The position numbers and the translations under genes were made by a program. Shown here one piece after another: positions 14,338 to 23,011 of a stretch of 39,083 bases of DNA. Source of the stretch: a virus. The DNA is taken from the IMG/VR virus record IMGVR_UViG_3300003319_000229, positions 1 through 39,083 of that record, one strand, 5' to 3'. Below the pieces are notes generated by a model. That model searched no databases and was not told the origin of the DNA. It saw only the letters and a list, made by a program, of their open reading frames with translations. How positions within the stretch are numbered: position 1 is the first letter of the stretch; each line of letters begins with the position of its first letter.

Positions 14338-14764
14338 GCTTGCTAAAGAAATATGTCGAATTGTTGCAATAACTCCTTTTGGAATAAGAAAGATTTGCGC
14401 TATGCATGAATGGATGCCTAACGCTGATACTATTCGCGAATGGCGGTTCGATTATCAAGAGTTTTCCGCCTTGTTCGATAAAGCCAAAAGGCAACAAGCT
14501 GATATTTTAGTTGAAGACACAATTGATATTGCAGACGACTCAAGCCAAGACTATATTGTAGGCGAAGATGGTAAAGAAAAAGTTAACACTGAACTTGTTG
14601 CACGATCACGCTTAAAAATCGATACTCGAAAGTTCATGGGAATTAAATTACTTCCTCGAATTTACGGAGACTATGAAGAAGTGAAAGAACAGAACGAAGA
14701 ATTGAAAGAACAAAACAGACAGCTTCGCGCTAAGCTTGATGCGCAGAATAAAAAGGATTATTGA
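14243..14764 (+). CDS. terS: terminase small subunit
   Basis: KKKHPGGRPTKYTPELAKEICRIVA...DTIREWRFDYQEFSALFDKAKRQQADILVED is a typical TerS HTH N-domain. ATG at 14243 has GAGGGA 8 nt upstream (the track start at 14228 is TTG). Confidence 0.75.
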   Translation: MQSDNQSQNPKQDEKPIKKKHPGGRPTKYTPELAKEICRIVAITPFGIRKICAMHEWMPNADTIREWRFDYQEFSALFDKAKRQQADILVEDTIDIADDSSQDYIVGEDGKEKVNTELVARSRLKIDTRKFMGIKLLPRIYGDYEEVKEQNEELKEQNRQLRAKLDAQNKKDY

Positions 14765-15150
14765 TGTCAGAATACAAAAATCCTAAAGAAATAAATACTA
14801 AGTATAGCTATCATAGTCTTCCCTTTGATGAGAATTTTAAATTTCCTGATCCAGAAGAAGTTTATCTTTTAACAAGCTTAATTGAAAAGATTTCTCATGA
14901 GTGCGGAGATATTGCAATAAGTTTTAAATTTCAAGTTTCTAGCGGAGAAAAAACAAACACAAGAATTCAATACAGTCTCTATATAGACCACAGAATTTTT
15001 GAAATGATAGTAGGTTATAGGCATGCTTATATTGATTCATCTTTAGATTGTGCTGATCTTCTATATAAATTTCGTGAAGTTTATTATCACAATAAAGAAA
15101 ATTTAGAGCACGGAATGTGTAATATAGTTTCAATTAAAAAGGACTATTAA
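14764..15150 (+). CDS. hypothetical protein (128 aa)
   Basis: Its ATG overlaps the terS stop (TGATG). Confidence 0.5.
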   Translation: MSEYKNPKEINTKYSYHSLPFDENFKFPDPEEVYLLTSLIEKISHECGDIAISFKFQVSSGEKTNTRIQYSLYIDHRIFEMIVGYRHAYIDSSLDCADLLYKFREVYYHNKENLEHGMCNIVSIKKDY

Positions 15151-15350
15151 TGTTTAACATAATCGACAAACTAAAATCACATATAAAATCCGAAATAGAA
15201 TGCACTCATAATGATTTTATTTTAGCTATTGATTCCGAATCAATTACAAAAGTAAATGATTTCGAGCTTGGGCTCTATAAAGGCAAGATTGAAGCTTTAA
15301 AAGATTTATTAGTCGAGATTAATAACCTACTTCCGAGAGCAGCCAGATAA
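15150..15350 (+). CDS. hypothetical protein (66 aa)
   Basis: Coupled to the upstream gene (TAATG). Confidence 0.5.
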   Translation: MFNIIDKLKSHIKSEIECTHNDFILAIDSESITKVNDFELGLYKGKIEALKDLLVEINNLLPRAAR

Positions 15351-15361
15351 AGGACTAAGCT

Positions 15362-15481
15362 ATGTCAGACGCATTAAAGATTATCATCGAAACTATGATT
15401 AAAGAGTTTGTAGAGAAGCTATATGAGCATTTTAAGAATGAAAGCAAAAATGATCAAGCGCCTCAAGAGCCGAGTTTGTAA
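15362..15481 (+). CDS. possible 39-aa protein (below track cutoff)
   Basis: Hand translation gives MSDALKIIIETMIKEFVEKLYEHFKNESKNDQAPQEPSL. It fills a gap, with AGGA upstream. Confidence 0.3.
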   Translation: MSDALKIIIETMIKEFVEKLYEHFKNESKNDQAPQEPSL

Positions 15482-15483
15482 TC

Positions 15484-15783
15484 ATGGAGCTAAAAATATG
15501 TTGTCCTATTTGTGATAACGAGTTTAAAAAAGAAAATTTCGTAAATTTATTAAGAGAACTTGAAAGAAAAATTAACTCTTTAAGCTCTACATTAAGCTGT
15601 GACATTCCTAGAACAATGAGAAGTTTGTTTGTCGAAATTTATAAAGATATTAAATATGCACAAATAAAAATGAGGCCTTTATCAAATATGATGGAATCAC
15701 AAAACTCAGCTGCTTCGTCAGATGAAAGCTTTAAGAACGAATCTAGCGATAAAAATGAAGAAAACAAACAAGAGGCGCTCTGA
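15484..15783 (+). CDS. hypothetical protein (99 aa) with N-terminal CCPIC
   Basis: ORF only. Confidence 0.5.
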   Translation: MELKICCPICDNEFKKENFVNLLRELERKINSLSSTLSCDIPRTMRSLFVEIYKDIKYAQIKMRPLSNMMESQNSAASSDESFKNESSDKNEENKQEAL

Positions 15784-15983
15784 TGCTGTATAAGATCACA
15801 AATTCTTTTTATATTGATTTTGATGACATTCAGGTTGTTTCTGTTTCTAATGATAATGAGGTTATTATCCGGTTAAAAGGCTCTGGAAGAGAGATATGTA
15901 TCACTATGACTCCGGAAATTTTAAAGAAATTTTTAATGAAGTTGGATGAATTTGTAGGAGATCAGCATTGGTTAAATGTATAG
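15783..15983 (+). CDS. hypothetical protein (66 aa)
   Basis: Coupled start (TGATG). Confidence 0.5.
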   Translation: MLYKITNSFYIDFDDIQVVSVSNDNEVIIRLKGSGREICITMTPEILKKFLMKLDEFVGDQHWLNV

Positions 15984-16095
15984 TATGCAAATCTGATGCC
16001 CCTAATCAAAATGATCGTTATTTTATTATTCCAGGCTACATTAGCTATTATAGACATGAAGTCTAAAACAAATAACATTAAAAAGGAGATTTATT

Positions 16096-16248
16096 ATGCC
16101 ACTAATAAAAGGAAAGAAAGCTAAAACCAAGCAAGGTATTTCTGAGAATATTCGCCGTGAACGAAATTCAGGAAGGCCGGAAAAGCAAGCTATAGCTATC
16201 GAATTTAGTAAAGCTGGAAAGTCGAGGAAAAAGAAAAAGGGTAAATAA
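16096..16248 (+). CDS. small lysine-rich protein, 50 aa (below track cutoff)
   Basis: AAGGAG lies 7 nt upstream. Hand translation gives MPLIKGKKAKTKQGISENIRRERNSGRPEKQAIAIEFSKAGKSRKKKKGK. It replaces the antisense 90-aa track ORF. Confidence 0.65.
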   Translation: MPLIKGKKAKTKQGISENIRRERNSGRPEKQAIAIEFSKAGKSRKKKKGK

Positions 16249-16251
16249 CTC

Positions 16252-16632
16252 ATGAGCGAAAACAAAATGCCATTAATGAGCGCTTTTGATGGCGAAAAAG
16301 AATTATTTTGCACTAATTGTTTGGCTGGATTAGAAGTCTGTCATTGCACATGGGCTGCTATTAGACAGCTTCAAAAAGATGTTCTTGATAGTGAAGAAAG
16401 AATTGGCAGATTAAATAGCTTTGTATGTGAGCAGTCATATAATCAGCATTCTTTAGACAAGAAAATAGAATCGAGACTTGATGAAATGGAGAAAAGATTC
16501 AGTGAATTTGAAAAGCGCTGGAGACAAGGCGCAGCAGAAAGAATAGGTATTTTAGGTAAAGCCTTGAATTATCTATCAGAAGAAAATGAAAGGTTAAGAA
16601 AAACTCCGCATAAATGCCCTAATGGAAAATAG
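16252..16632 (+). CDS. coiled-coil protein with Cys clusters; ends at an in-frame TAG
   Basis: The N-terminus has CTNC...CHC and the C-terminus ends ...HKCPNGK-TAG. The 14 codons after the TAG encode IDCYCCKGTGIVWG. Confidence 0.55.
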   Translation: MSENKMPLMSAFDGEKELFCTNCLAGLEVCHCTWAAIRQLQKDVLDSEERIGRLNSFVCEQSYNQHSLDKKIESRLDEMEKRFSEFEKRWRQGAAERIGILGKALNYLSEENERLRKTPHKCPNGK

Positions 16633-16667
16633 ATCGATTGTTACTGTTGCAAAGGAACCGGAATAGT

Positions 16668-16886
16668 ATGGGGATGAAAGAATGGATTAGTGTTAAAGAT
16701 CGATTGCCTGAAAAAAACCAAAAAGTTTTGGTTTATGCAAAAGATAAAGATTCTTATTTGATAGAATTAGCAGAGTTTTTACCTGATCAATCTTTCTGGT
16801 TTATAGGAGAAGGATGGAACAATAAATATATATCAAATTTGATAAAATGCTGGATGTCTTTGCCCGAGCCGCCGAATGAATCTTGA
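16668..16886 (+). CDS. DUF551-domain protein
   Basis: MGMKEWISVKDRLPEKNQKVLVY...CWMSLPEPP. ATG at 16668 follows AAGGAA (the track start is TTG). Confidence 0.7.
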   Translation: MGMKEWISVKDRLPEKNQKVLVYAKDKDSYLIELAEFLPDQSFWFIGEGWNNKYISNLIKCWMSLPEPPNES

Positions 16887-16957
16887 GACAATTGAAAACA
16901 TAAATAAATATTCACCTAACTTATTAGAGTTTTACTTACTGTGCGAGGCTAACAAAT

Positions 16958-17434
16958 ATGCTATTAGAAAAACAAGTTTGTTCGTTACAATTATCCAAGC
17001 GATTAAGGGAATTGGGCGTTAAGCAGGAAAGTTTATTTTGTTATCAAGCTATAAAAAATTCTAAACATGAGATATGGCCTAGAAAATTTAATTTGAATGA
17101 GTTTTTTGAGCCATCAGAAGATGAAAGAATGGCTGCTTTCACCGTAGGAGAGCTTGGTGAGCTGCTTCCAAAAAGAATTTTTATAACAGCAGATAATTCA
17201 AAATATCCGGTTACTGATAATGCATCTCTATTATTGAGCTATGATCAAGCAATATATCCATTATACTCAGATATTTTTGGACTCTGTAAAGCGATTCATC
17301 CTCAATACGAAGATAATGAAACAGAAGCCAATGCCCGCGCAAAAATGATAATATACTTGATTGAAAATGGTTTGATTGAAGTGAGGAAAATAAATCATGA
17401 AAGAACCTTATATGGAAAAATGCAAAATTCTTGA
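16958..17434 (+). CDS. hypothetical protein, paralog of 5426..5950
   Basis: See 5426..5950. It has the same position relative to a DUF551 gene. Confidence 0.65.
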   Translation: MLLEKQVCSLQLSKRLRELGVKQESLFCYQAIKNSKHEIWPRKFNLNEFFEPSEDERMAAFTVGELGELLPKRIFITADNSKYPVTDNASLLLSYDQAIYPLYSDIFGLCKAIHPQYEDNETEANARAKMIIYLIENGLIEVRKINHERTLYGKMQNS

Positions 17435-17696
17435 TGATATTGTAATGATTATTGATAATCATACACAAAAACATGATTCTGAATATTATATGCTCGAATT
17501 TTCAATTAACTGGATTATAATTATAAATTCTGGAATTAATTTTTTAAACCATATAAAGGATGAATTTTTAAAACTTTCGATAGAATCAGGATATTCTGAA
17601 AATTCATTTTATAAAAAAATATGCGAATTTTTAGAATCTATTAAAAATGTTCCATTAATAAAAAACGAGAACTTAAAAAGCCATGATCCAACTTAA
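17397..17696 (+). CDS. hypothetical protein (99 aa)
   Basis: ORF only. The start is uncertain (alternative ATG at 17412). Confidence 0.45.
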   Translation: MKEPYMEKCKILDDIVMIIDNHTQKHDSEYYMLEFSINWIIIINSGINFLNHIKDEFLKLSIESGYSENSFYKKICEFLESIKNVPLIKNENLKSHDPT

Positions 17697-17795
17697 TTTA
17701 CCAATCCCTATGAAAACGTTAGATTATAAAGAGCGACTTGATCGGCTATTGAAACAAATGAAAAAAGGAAGACTGATAAGATAAATTGCTGTTTA

Positions 17796-17821
17796 ATGTT
17801 AATTAACATGGATGTTAATTA
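17796..17821. promoter_or_regulatory. 14-bp perfect palindrome plus extra half-site immediately upstream of terL
   Basis: atgttaattaacat (17796-17809) is followed by atgttaatta (17812-17821). Confidence 0.35.
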
Positions 17822-17822
17822 G

Positions 17823-19367
17823 ATGGAATTCGACTATGAAAAGGAACAAGAAGCTGCTCGTCTTCGCGGCAGTCTCATTGAGTTTACCCGTTACTTTTTT
17901 CAGCATATTACTGGCCGTGAGTTTCTGGTATCAGCCCCCATCGGAAGAGAGAGTCATCATGTTACAGTGTGCCGCTCGCTCACCCACGTACAACGACTTG
18001 AGCGGTTAAGGGAAATACTAAATCTTCCGCCCGGCTCAGGTAAATCTACTTTAGTCTCGATGTTTATTGCATGGTGCTGGGCAAGCTTTCCTGACTCCAA
18101 TTTTCTGTATATTTCTTACTCTCATGAGGTTGCAAAAAAACATACGAGTTTTGTTAAAAGTATTGTATCCTCGCGCATGTATAACTATCTGTTCGATATT
18201 TCGATTGATTCAGACAGCAGGGCAAAGGATGCCTTCAAAACTAATCATGGCGGCTTTTTAAGGGCTTTCGGAAGCTCCGGCGCGGTCACAGGCCAAGACG
18301 GCGGTTTGCCAGCGCTAGATCGATTTAGCGGCGCTGTCATTATTGATGACGCCCATAAGCCAGATGAAGTTCATTCAGATACGATTCGACAGGGAGTGAT
18401 AAAGAATTATGATGAGACGATTCGTCAGCGTGTTCGCGGCATTAATGTGCCAATTATCTGTATTGGTCATAGGCTTCATGAGTCTGACCTATTTGACTAT
18501 CTTATAAGCGGTAAAGACACCGATACATGGCATCAAACAGTCTTGGAATCCATTGATGGGGCAGGGAATGCGTTATATCCCGAAATGATGCCGCTTGAAA
18601 AACTTTTAGCGCTTCGTGAAAAATCCCCATATGTCTATTGGAGCCAGTATCAACAAAAGCCTGTTCCTTCAGGCAATGCTTTATTTAAGCCAGAATGGTT
18701 TGTTGAGCTTGATCAAGAACCCCAATTTCTCTCAACCTTCATTACAGCAGATACCGCCGAAACAGATAAATCATGGAATGATGCGACTGTATTTAGCTTT
18801 TGGGGCGTATATGAAATTGAAAACTACGGCAAGAAAACAGGTAAACTCGGGCTTCACTGGCTAGATTGCGTTGAAATGCGAATAGAGCCTAAAGACCTAG
18901 AATCAGCCTTCATTGATTTTCATGCAAATTGTACACTTCATCCTGTCCAGCCTTTGATGGCCGCCATTGAAAAGAAATCAACAGGAGTAACCCTTGTCAG
19001 CGTATTAAAAAATATCAGAGGGCTTTCTGTTCGAGAGGTTGAAAGAACGCGAGATTCTGGAAGTAAAACGAAACGTTTTCTTGAAATGCAGCCTTACATT
19101 GCCGAAAAACGCATATCCTTTACGACAGGCGCTAAGCACAAAAACCTCTGTATTGATCATATGTCTAAGATTACGGCCAATGATGCCCACAGACATGACG
19201 ATATAGCAGATACCCTTAGTGATTCGATACGTATCGCGCTTATTGAAAAAACGATATACAATATTGACACGAGACAGGAGTCTCAGAAACGGATTTACAT
19301 AGGCTTGAATAATCAATTGCGCAAACGGATTCGCGCGAGCGAGGCAAGGAATGCCCGAATTAGCTAA
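17823..19367 (+). CDS. terL: terminase large subunit
   Basis: Walker A LPPGSGKST and Walker B AVIIDDAHKPDE are present. The C-terminal nuclease-type acidic residues include ITADTAETDK and HDDIADTLSD. Confidence 0.85.
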   Translation: MEFDYEKEQEAARLRGSLIEFTRYFFQHITGREFLVSAPIGRESHHVTVCRSLTHVQRLERLREILNLPPGSGKSTLVSMFIAWCWASFPDSNFLYISYSHEVAKKHTSFVKSIVSSRMYNYLFDISIDSDSRAKDAFKTNHGGFLRAFGSSGAVTGQDGGLPALDRFSGAVIIDDAHKPDEVHSDTIRQGVIKNYDETIRQRVRGINVPIICIGHRLHESDLFDYLISGKDTDTWHQTVLESIDGAGNALYPEMMPLEKLLALREKSPYVYWSQYQQKPVPSGNALFKPEWFVELDQEPQFLSTFITADTAETDKSWNDATVFSFWGVYEIENYGKKTGKLGLHWLDCVEMRIEPKDLESAFIDFHANCTLHPVQPLMAAIEKKSTGVTLVSVLKNIRGLSVREVERTRDSGSKTKRFLEMQPYIAEKRISFTTGAKHKNLCIDHMSKITANDAHRHDDIADTLSDSIRIALIEKTIYNIDTRQESQKRIYIGLNNQLRKRIRASEARNARIS

Positions 19368-21474
19368 GATTCATGCTGATCGTTTAGTCGATCTTAAGCA
19401 GAAAGTTGAAGAAGCACAGAAAGCAAACAGAGCAAACGTCGATCGTTTTGAAAAGTTTGTTAAGTTTGTCTTTAAAACCTCTCTTACGGATGATCAAGCA
19501 GGCACACTGGCCGACAACGGTTATCCCACTCTCGAATTCAACATCCTAGAATCATTCGTATCAAGAAAACGCGGTGAGTTTGCTAAGCAGCAACCAAGCT
19601 TAACCGTTCGTGCAGCCGATGGCATTCCGCTCAATCTCTTAAATGATGAATTCATTGCGACACTGAATGTTGTTGAAGCGCACTTGCGAGCCATCTTCTT
19701 CGATGGCGCAAATGACATGCTTGATTATAACGTATTTTCTGATTTGCTGGCAGGCGGATTTTCAGTTCTTCGCGTATATACCGACTACGTTAACGAAATG
19801 AGCTTTGAACAGAATATCTGTGTTGAGCGAGTGTTTGATCCAACGCTTACTGTATTTGATCCATTAGCAAGAAAATCTCATAAAGGTGATGGACGCTTTT
19901 GCGCTGAAATTTATCCCATGACACAGAAACAATTCGAGGATGAATTTGGCGAAGAAGTTGCGCAGGAAATGAAATATACGCGTAATTTATCAGGCTTTGA
20001 CTGGTCATTTGAAAATGAAAGAGAAAAAATAGTTTTAGTATGTGATTTTTACGAGAAAAAAACAAAGCCCGCAACGATTTATAAGTTATCTAATGGCCAT
20101 AGCATTACAAAAGAAGAATATGACAAATTTAAAGAACAATGGGATGCATCAGGCTATGTTGAACAAATGCCAATTCCCATTCATAAACGTAAAACAATTA
20201 TCGAATATATTTGCCGATATCGATTTTGTGAATCGCGGGTATTGGAATATAAAGAAACTGATTTTAAATATTTACCCCTTGTCTTTATCGATGGCAATAG
20301 CGTTGTTATAAAAGATGGGAGCAACTATACACAGATGACGCGTCCTTATGTTTATCATGCAGAAGGTATTCAGCGATTAAAGAATTTTGCAGGACAGTCG
20401 CTTGGCAATGAACTGGAAAATACGATTCAGCATAAATTTATTGTGGCCATTGAGTCCATTCCGGAAGATTATCAAGACGCATATCAGAATGTACAGAAAG
20501 CCGATACGCTGGTATACAATCATTTTTTAGATACCAATAATCCCAATGTCACGTTGCCCGCACCGCGTGAAGTTGCGAGAACCCCTATTCCCCCTGAGAT
20601 CACTAATACATTTAAAATGTCTGATGAGATGACGCAGACTATTTTAGGATCGTACGATCCTTCGATGGGAATGAATAATGCTGCGATGTCCGGTATCGCA
20701 TTTGCGAGAAGCGCAATTCAGGGAGATGGCGCATCTGTTCCCTATATTGTTGGATACATTAAAGGATTAAATCGTGTGGCACAGATAATTGTTGATCTTA
20801 TTCCAAAATATTATAGAACTCCTCGAAGCCTTCCTATTCTAAAACCAAATGGCGAGAGATCATTTGTTGAGATCAATAAACGCGGATCGCTTTACATGAA
20901 TTACGATCCGAACTCCTTGCAAGTGAAGGTCGAAACAGGCGTTAACTTTGCGATGCAAAAAGAAATGGCATTACAGACTGTGATACAGCTTTCACAAGCT
21001 AACAAAGGATTTGCAGAATTCTTTAATGAAGAAGGATTGCCTACATTGCTTGATAATATCGAAATGCGCGGTATTGATGAGCTCAAAGAAAAAGCCAATA
21101 AGTGGATGGCTCAACAAAAACAAATGAAAGCAATGGCGATGCAGCAACAACAAGGCCAAATGCAAATGGAAGCTAAAAAGCAAGCCATGGAAATGATGGC
21201 AATGCAAAAAGAGATTCAATCTCCAACAGAAGCTCAAGTGGGTCTGATGATGATCCAAGAAAAAGCACAAAACGATGCTGCAAACTTGGAATTAAAAGAA
21301 CGCGATTCACAAACTAAATTCTTAGAGACAATCAGTAAGATCAGAAATGCAGACGTACAAAACGAATTAAAAGCAGCTGAACTTGATGCAGAGAATACCC
21401 GAAGTGCGGTTGAGGCTGCAATCAAGGTCAGTAGTCATATTCAAGAACAATTGAGGCCACAAACGCATGTTTAA
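19351..21474 (+). CDS. portal protein
   Basis: A 707-aa protein overlapping the terL stop. It has a Gln/Met-rich helical C-terminal tail (MAQQKQMKAMAMQQQQGQMQMEAKKQAMEMMAMQKE), as in long-barrel portals. Confidence 0.75.
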   Translation: MPELAKIHADRLVDLKQKVEEAQKANRANVDRFEKFVKFVFKTSLTDDQAGTLADNGYPTLEFNILESFVSRKRGEFAKQQPSLTVRAADGIPLNLLNDEFIATLNVVEAHLRAIFFDGANDMLDYNVFSDLLAGGFSVLRVYTDYVNEMSFEQNICVERVFDPTLTVFDPLARKSHKGDGRFCAEIYPMTQKQFEDEFGEEVAQEMKYTRNLSGFDWSFENEREKIVLVCDFYEKKTKPATIYKLSNGHSITKEEYDKFKEQWDASGYVEQMPIPIHKRKTIIEYICRYRFCESRVLEYKETDFKYLPLVFIDGNSVVIKDGSNYTQMTRPYVYHAEGIQRLKNFAGQSLGNELENTIQHKFIVAIESIPEDYQDAYQNVQKADTLVYNHFLDTNNPNVTLPAPREVARTPIPPEITNTFKMSDEMTQTILGSYDPSMGMNNAAMSGIAFARSAIQGDGASVPYIVGYIKGLNRVAQIIVDLIPKYYRTPRSLPILKPNGERSFVEINKRGSLYMNYDPNSLQVKVETGVNFAMQKEMALQTVIQLSQANKGFAEFFNEEGLPTLLDNIEMRGIDELKEKANKWMAQQKQMKAMAMQQQQGQMQMEAKKQAMEMMAMQKEIQSPTEAQVGLMMIQEKAQNDAANLELKERDSQTKFLETISKIRNADVQNELKAAELDAENTRSAVEAAIKVSSHIQEQLRPQTHV

Positions 21475-21487
21475 AGGAGCAATCATA

Positions 21488-21667
21488 ATGGTTAAGAAAT
21501 GGATTCAGAAAGCTATAAGCCCTTCTGGTAAAGGCGCACTTCGAAAAACAATGGGCGCGAAAAAAGGAAAACCGCTTGAGATGGGCGAGTTAAAAAGTGA
21601 AGCAAAAAATGCCAAAACTAAAAAAACGCGAAAGCGGGCAAACTTAGCGATTAATTTGAAAAAATGA
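21488..21667 (+). CDS. small basic protein (59 aa)
   Basis: ATG at 21488 follows AAAGGAG. Translation: MVKKWIQKAISPSGKGALRKTMGAKKGKPLEMGELKSEAKNAKTKKTRKRANLAINLKK. Confidence 0.55.
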   Translation: MVKKWIQKAISPSGKGALRKTMGAKKGKPLEMGELKSEAKNAKTKKTRKRANLAINLKK

Positions 21668-21679
21668 AATAAATAAAAA

Positions 21680-21706
21680 AGCCGCAGAGCTCATCACTTT
21701 GCGGCT
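21680..21706. terminator. hairpin whose U-tract lies on the minus strand
   Basis: The stem agccgca/tgcggct has a 13-nt loop. AAAAAA precedes it on the plus strand, which is TTTTTT after it on the minus strand. Both neighbouring genes are on the plus strand. Confidence 0.4.
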
Positions 21707-21787
21707 TAGTCTGCTCCATATAGCGTTCTCGAAACGCCCACAGAAATTGAATGGTATCATTAATTTTCTTGTTTGAATAGGTGTTTC

Positions 21788-22054
21788 ATGGCTTCCACCC
21801 GAAAGTTTGAAAATAGCATTTATAAAGAGCTGCACTACGCGTATGAATCAATCGACTGTATTTATGAAAAACTTAAATTTTTAATCGACAATGAGCGGGA
21901 TTTAAAGGAAGTGGATCGCGTGAACCTCTATACATACGGCATTGATAAAGCAAAAATCGATCTTGTAAGAATGCTTAATATGAAAAAGTCGCTAGAGGCA
22001 ATCAACAAAAAATTTAAAAAATATCATGAAAAAACTATTGACATTGACACTTGA
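21788..22054 (+). CDS. hypothetical protein (88 aa)
   Basis: ATG at 21788 follows AGGTG (the track start is TTG). Confidence 0.45.
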   Translation: MASTRKFENSIYKELHYAYESIDCIYEKLKFLIDNERDLKEVDRVNLYTYGIDKAKIDLVRMLNMKKSLEAINKKFKKYHEKTIDIDT

Positions 22055-22240
22055 CAGTATAAGATAGAATTAGGGTTTAGTTTTAATTTATCAATATATC
22101 TCCTTAAGACTTATTGTAATGAAACGCCCTGTACCAGAGATAACTGGGTTATCAAATCAAACTTACCGCAGACTAGCGGGTCAAAAAAAGTCGTTACCGC
22201 TGATGAAAGCGGGTCAAAAAATCATCATGGAAGATGAAAA

Positions 22241-22960
22241 ATGGACGAAAGTCAAGTTAATGGAATGGATGTACAAGGTGGTATGTCTGGAAAGCCGCAG
22301 GATGCGGAAAAGCTATTTACTCGGGATGAGTTAGCCCAGATTGTTGCCACTCAGAGAAATGCCGCTGCACGAGAGACTGAAGAGCGTTTGAGAAAACAGC
22401 GAGAAACAGAAGCTATCCAAGCTGCACAACAGCAAAGGAATAGCGAAGTGCCTCGCGATGTTGATACAGATGCTATCTATCAAAAAGTGCAGGAACGCTT
22501 TAACCAAGACTTACAAAAGAGAGCAGAAGAGGAACGCCATCAGGCCATCAAGGATGCTTGGCACCAAGCTGCAACGTCGTATGTAACGAAGGTAAACGCA
22601 GGCAAATCTCAGTACTCCGATTTTGACGAAGTAACGAAAGATTTTGACCCCGCTGCCTTTCCGCAATTGATGTATTTAATTTCCGGAATGGATAACGCAG
22701 CAGATATCGTCTACGACCTTTCGAAAAATTCGTTAAAAATGGCCGGACTTGACAGGCTAGCTGAACGTAACCCACGACAAGCGACCGCTGAATTAGCAAA
22801 GCTCGCTCAATCGATCAATGCTAATAAACAAGCTCAGATGGATGCTGAATCTCAAGTTACGAATGCGCCACTCGACCGTTTGAAACCTTCCGTTGTTTCG
22901 GGAAGCAACGGAAAGATGAGCATTCAAGACCTGCAAAACCAACCTTGGCTTAGAGGTTAG
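22241..22960 (+). CDS. scaffolding protein (putative)
   Basis: Charged, helical, Gln/Glu/Ala-rich sequence (ERLRKQRETEAIQAAQQQ...), placed between the portal and capsid genes. Confidence 0.55.
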   Translation: MDESQVNGMDVQGGMSGKPQDAEKLFTRDELAQIVATQRNAAARETEERLRKQRETEAIQAAQQQRNSEVPRDVDTDAIYQKVQERFNQDLQKRAEEERHQAIKDAWHQAATSYVTKVNAGKSQYSDFDEVTKDFDPAAFPQLMYLISGMDNAADIVYDLSKNSLKMAGLDRLAERNPRQATAELAKLAQSINANKQAQMDAESQVTNAPLDRLKPSVVSGSNGKMSIQDLQNQPWLRG

Positions 22961-23011
22961 AACTCATAACCGTTGCAATTTGATTCTCCACATGGACAGG
23001 GAGCATTTGCA

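Noticed and set aside
16041-16313. 90-aa minus-strand ORF
   Set aside because: It is antisense to a plus-strand 50-aa ORF (16096..16248) that has a strong AAGGAG site and a coherent lysine-rich product. The minus ORF has no ribosome-binding site and is Phe/Leu/Ser-rich, as expected from reading AT-rich coding DNA backwards.
17812-21425. Short ORFs nested in terL and portal on either strand (for example 17812..18009, 18067..18261, 18616..18864, 19005..19316, 19521..19718, 20992..21270)
   Set aside because: They lie entirely inside long genes with clear functional motifs. They have no independent signals.
22119-22334. 71-aa ORF upstream of and overlapping the scaffold gene
   Set aside because: It has no convincing ribosome-binding site, overlaps the scaffold start by 94 nt, and its open frame coincides with the duplicated hairpin motif. 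It is left unannotated but flagged in a finding.
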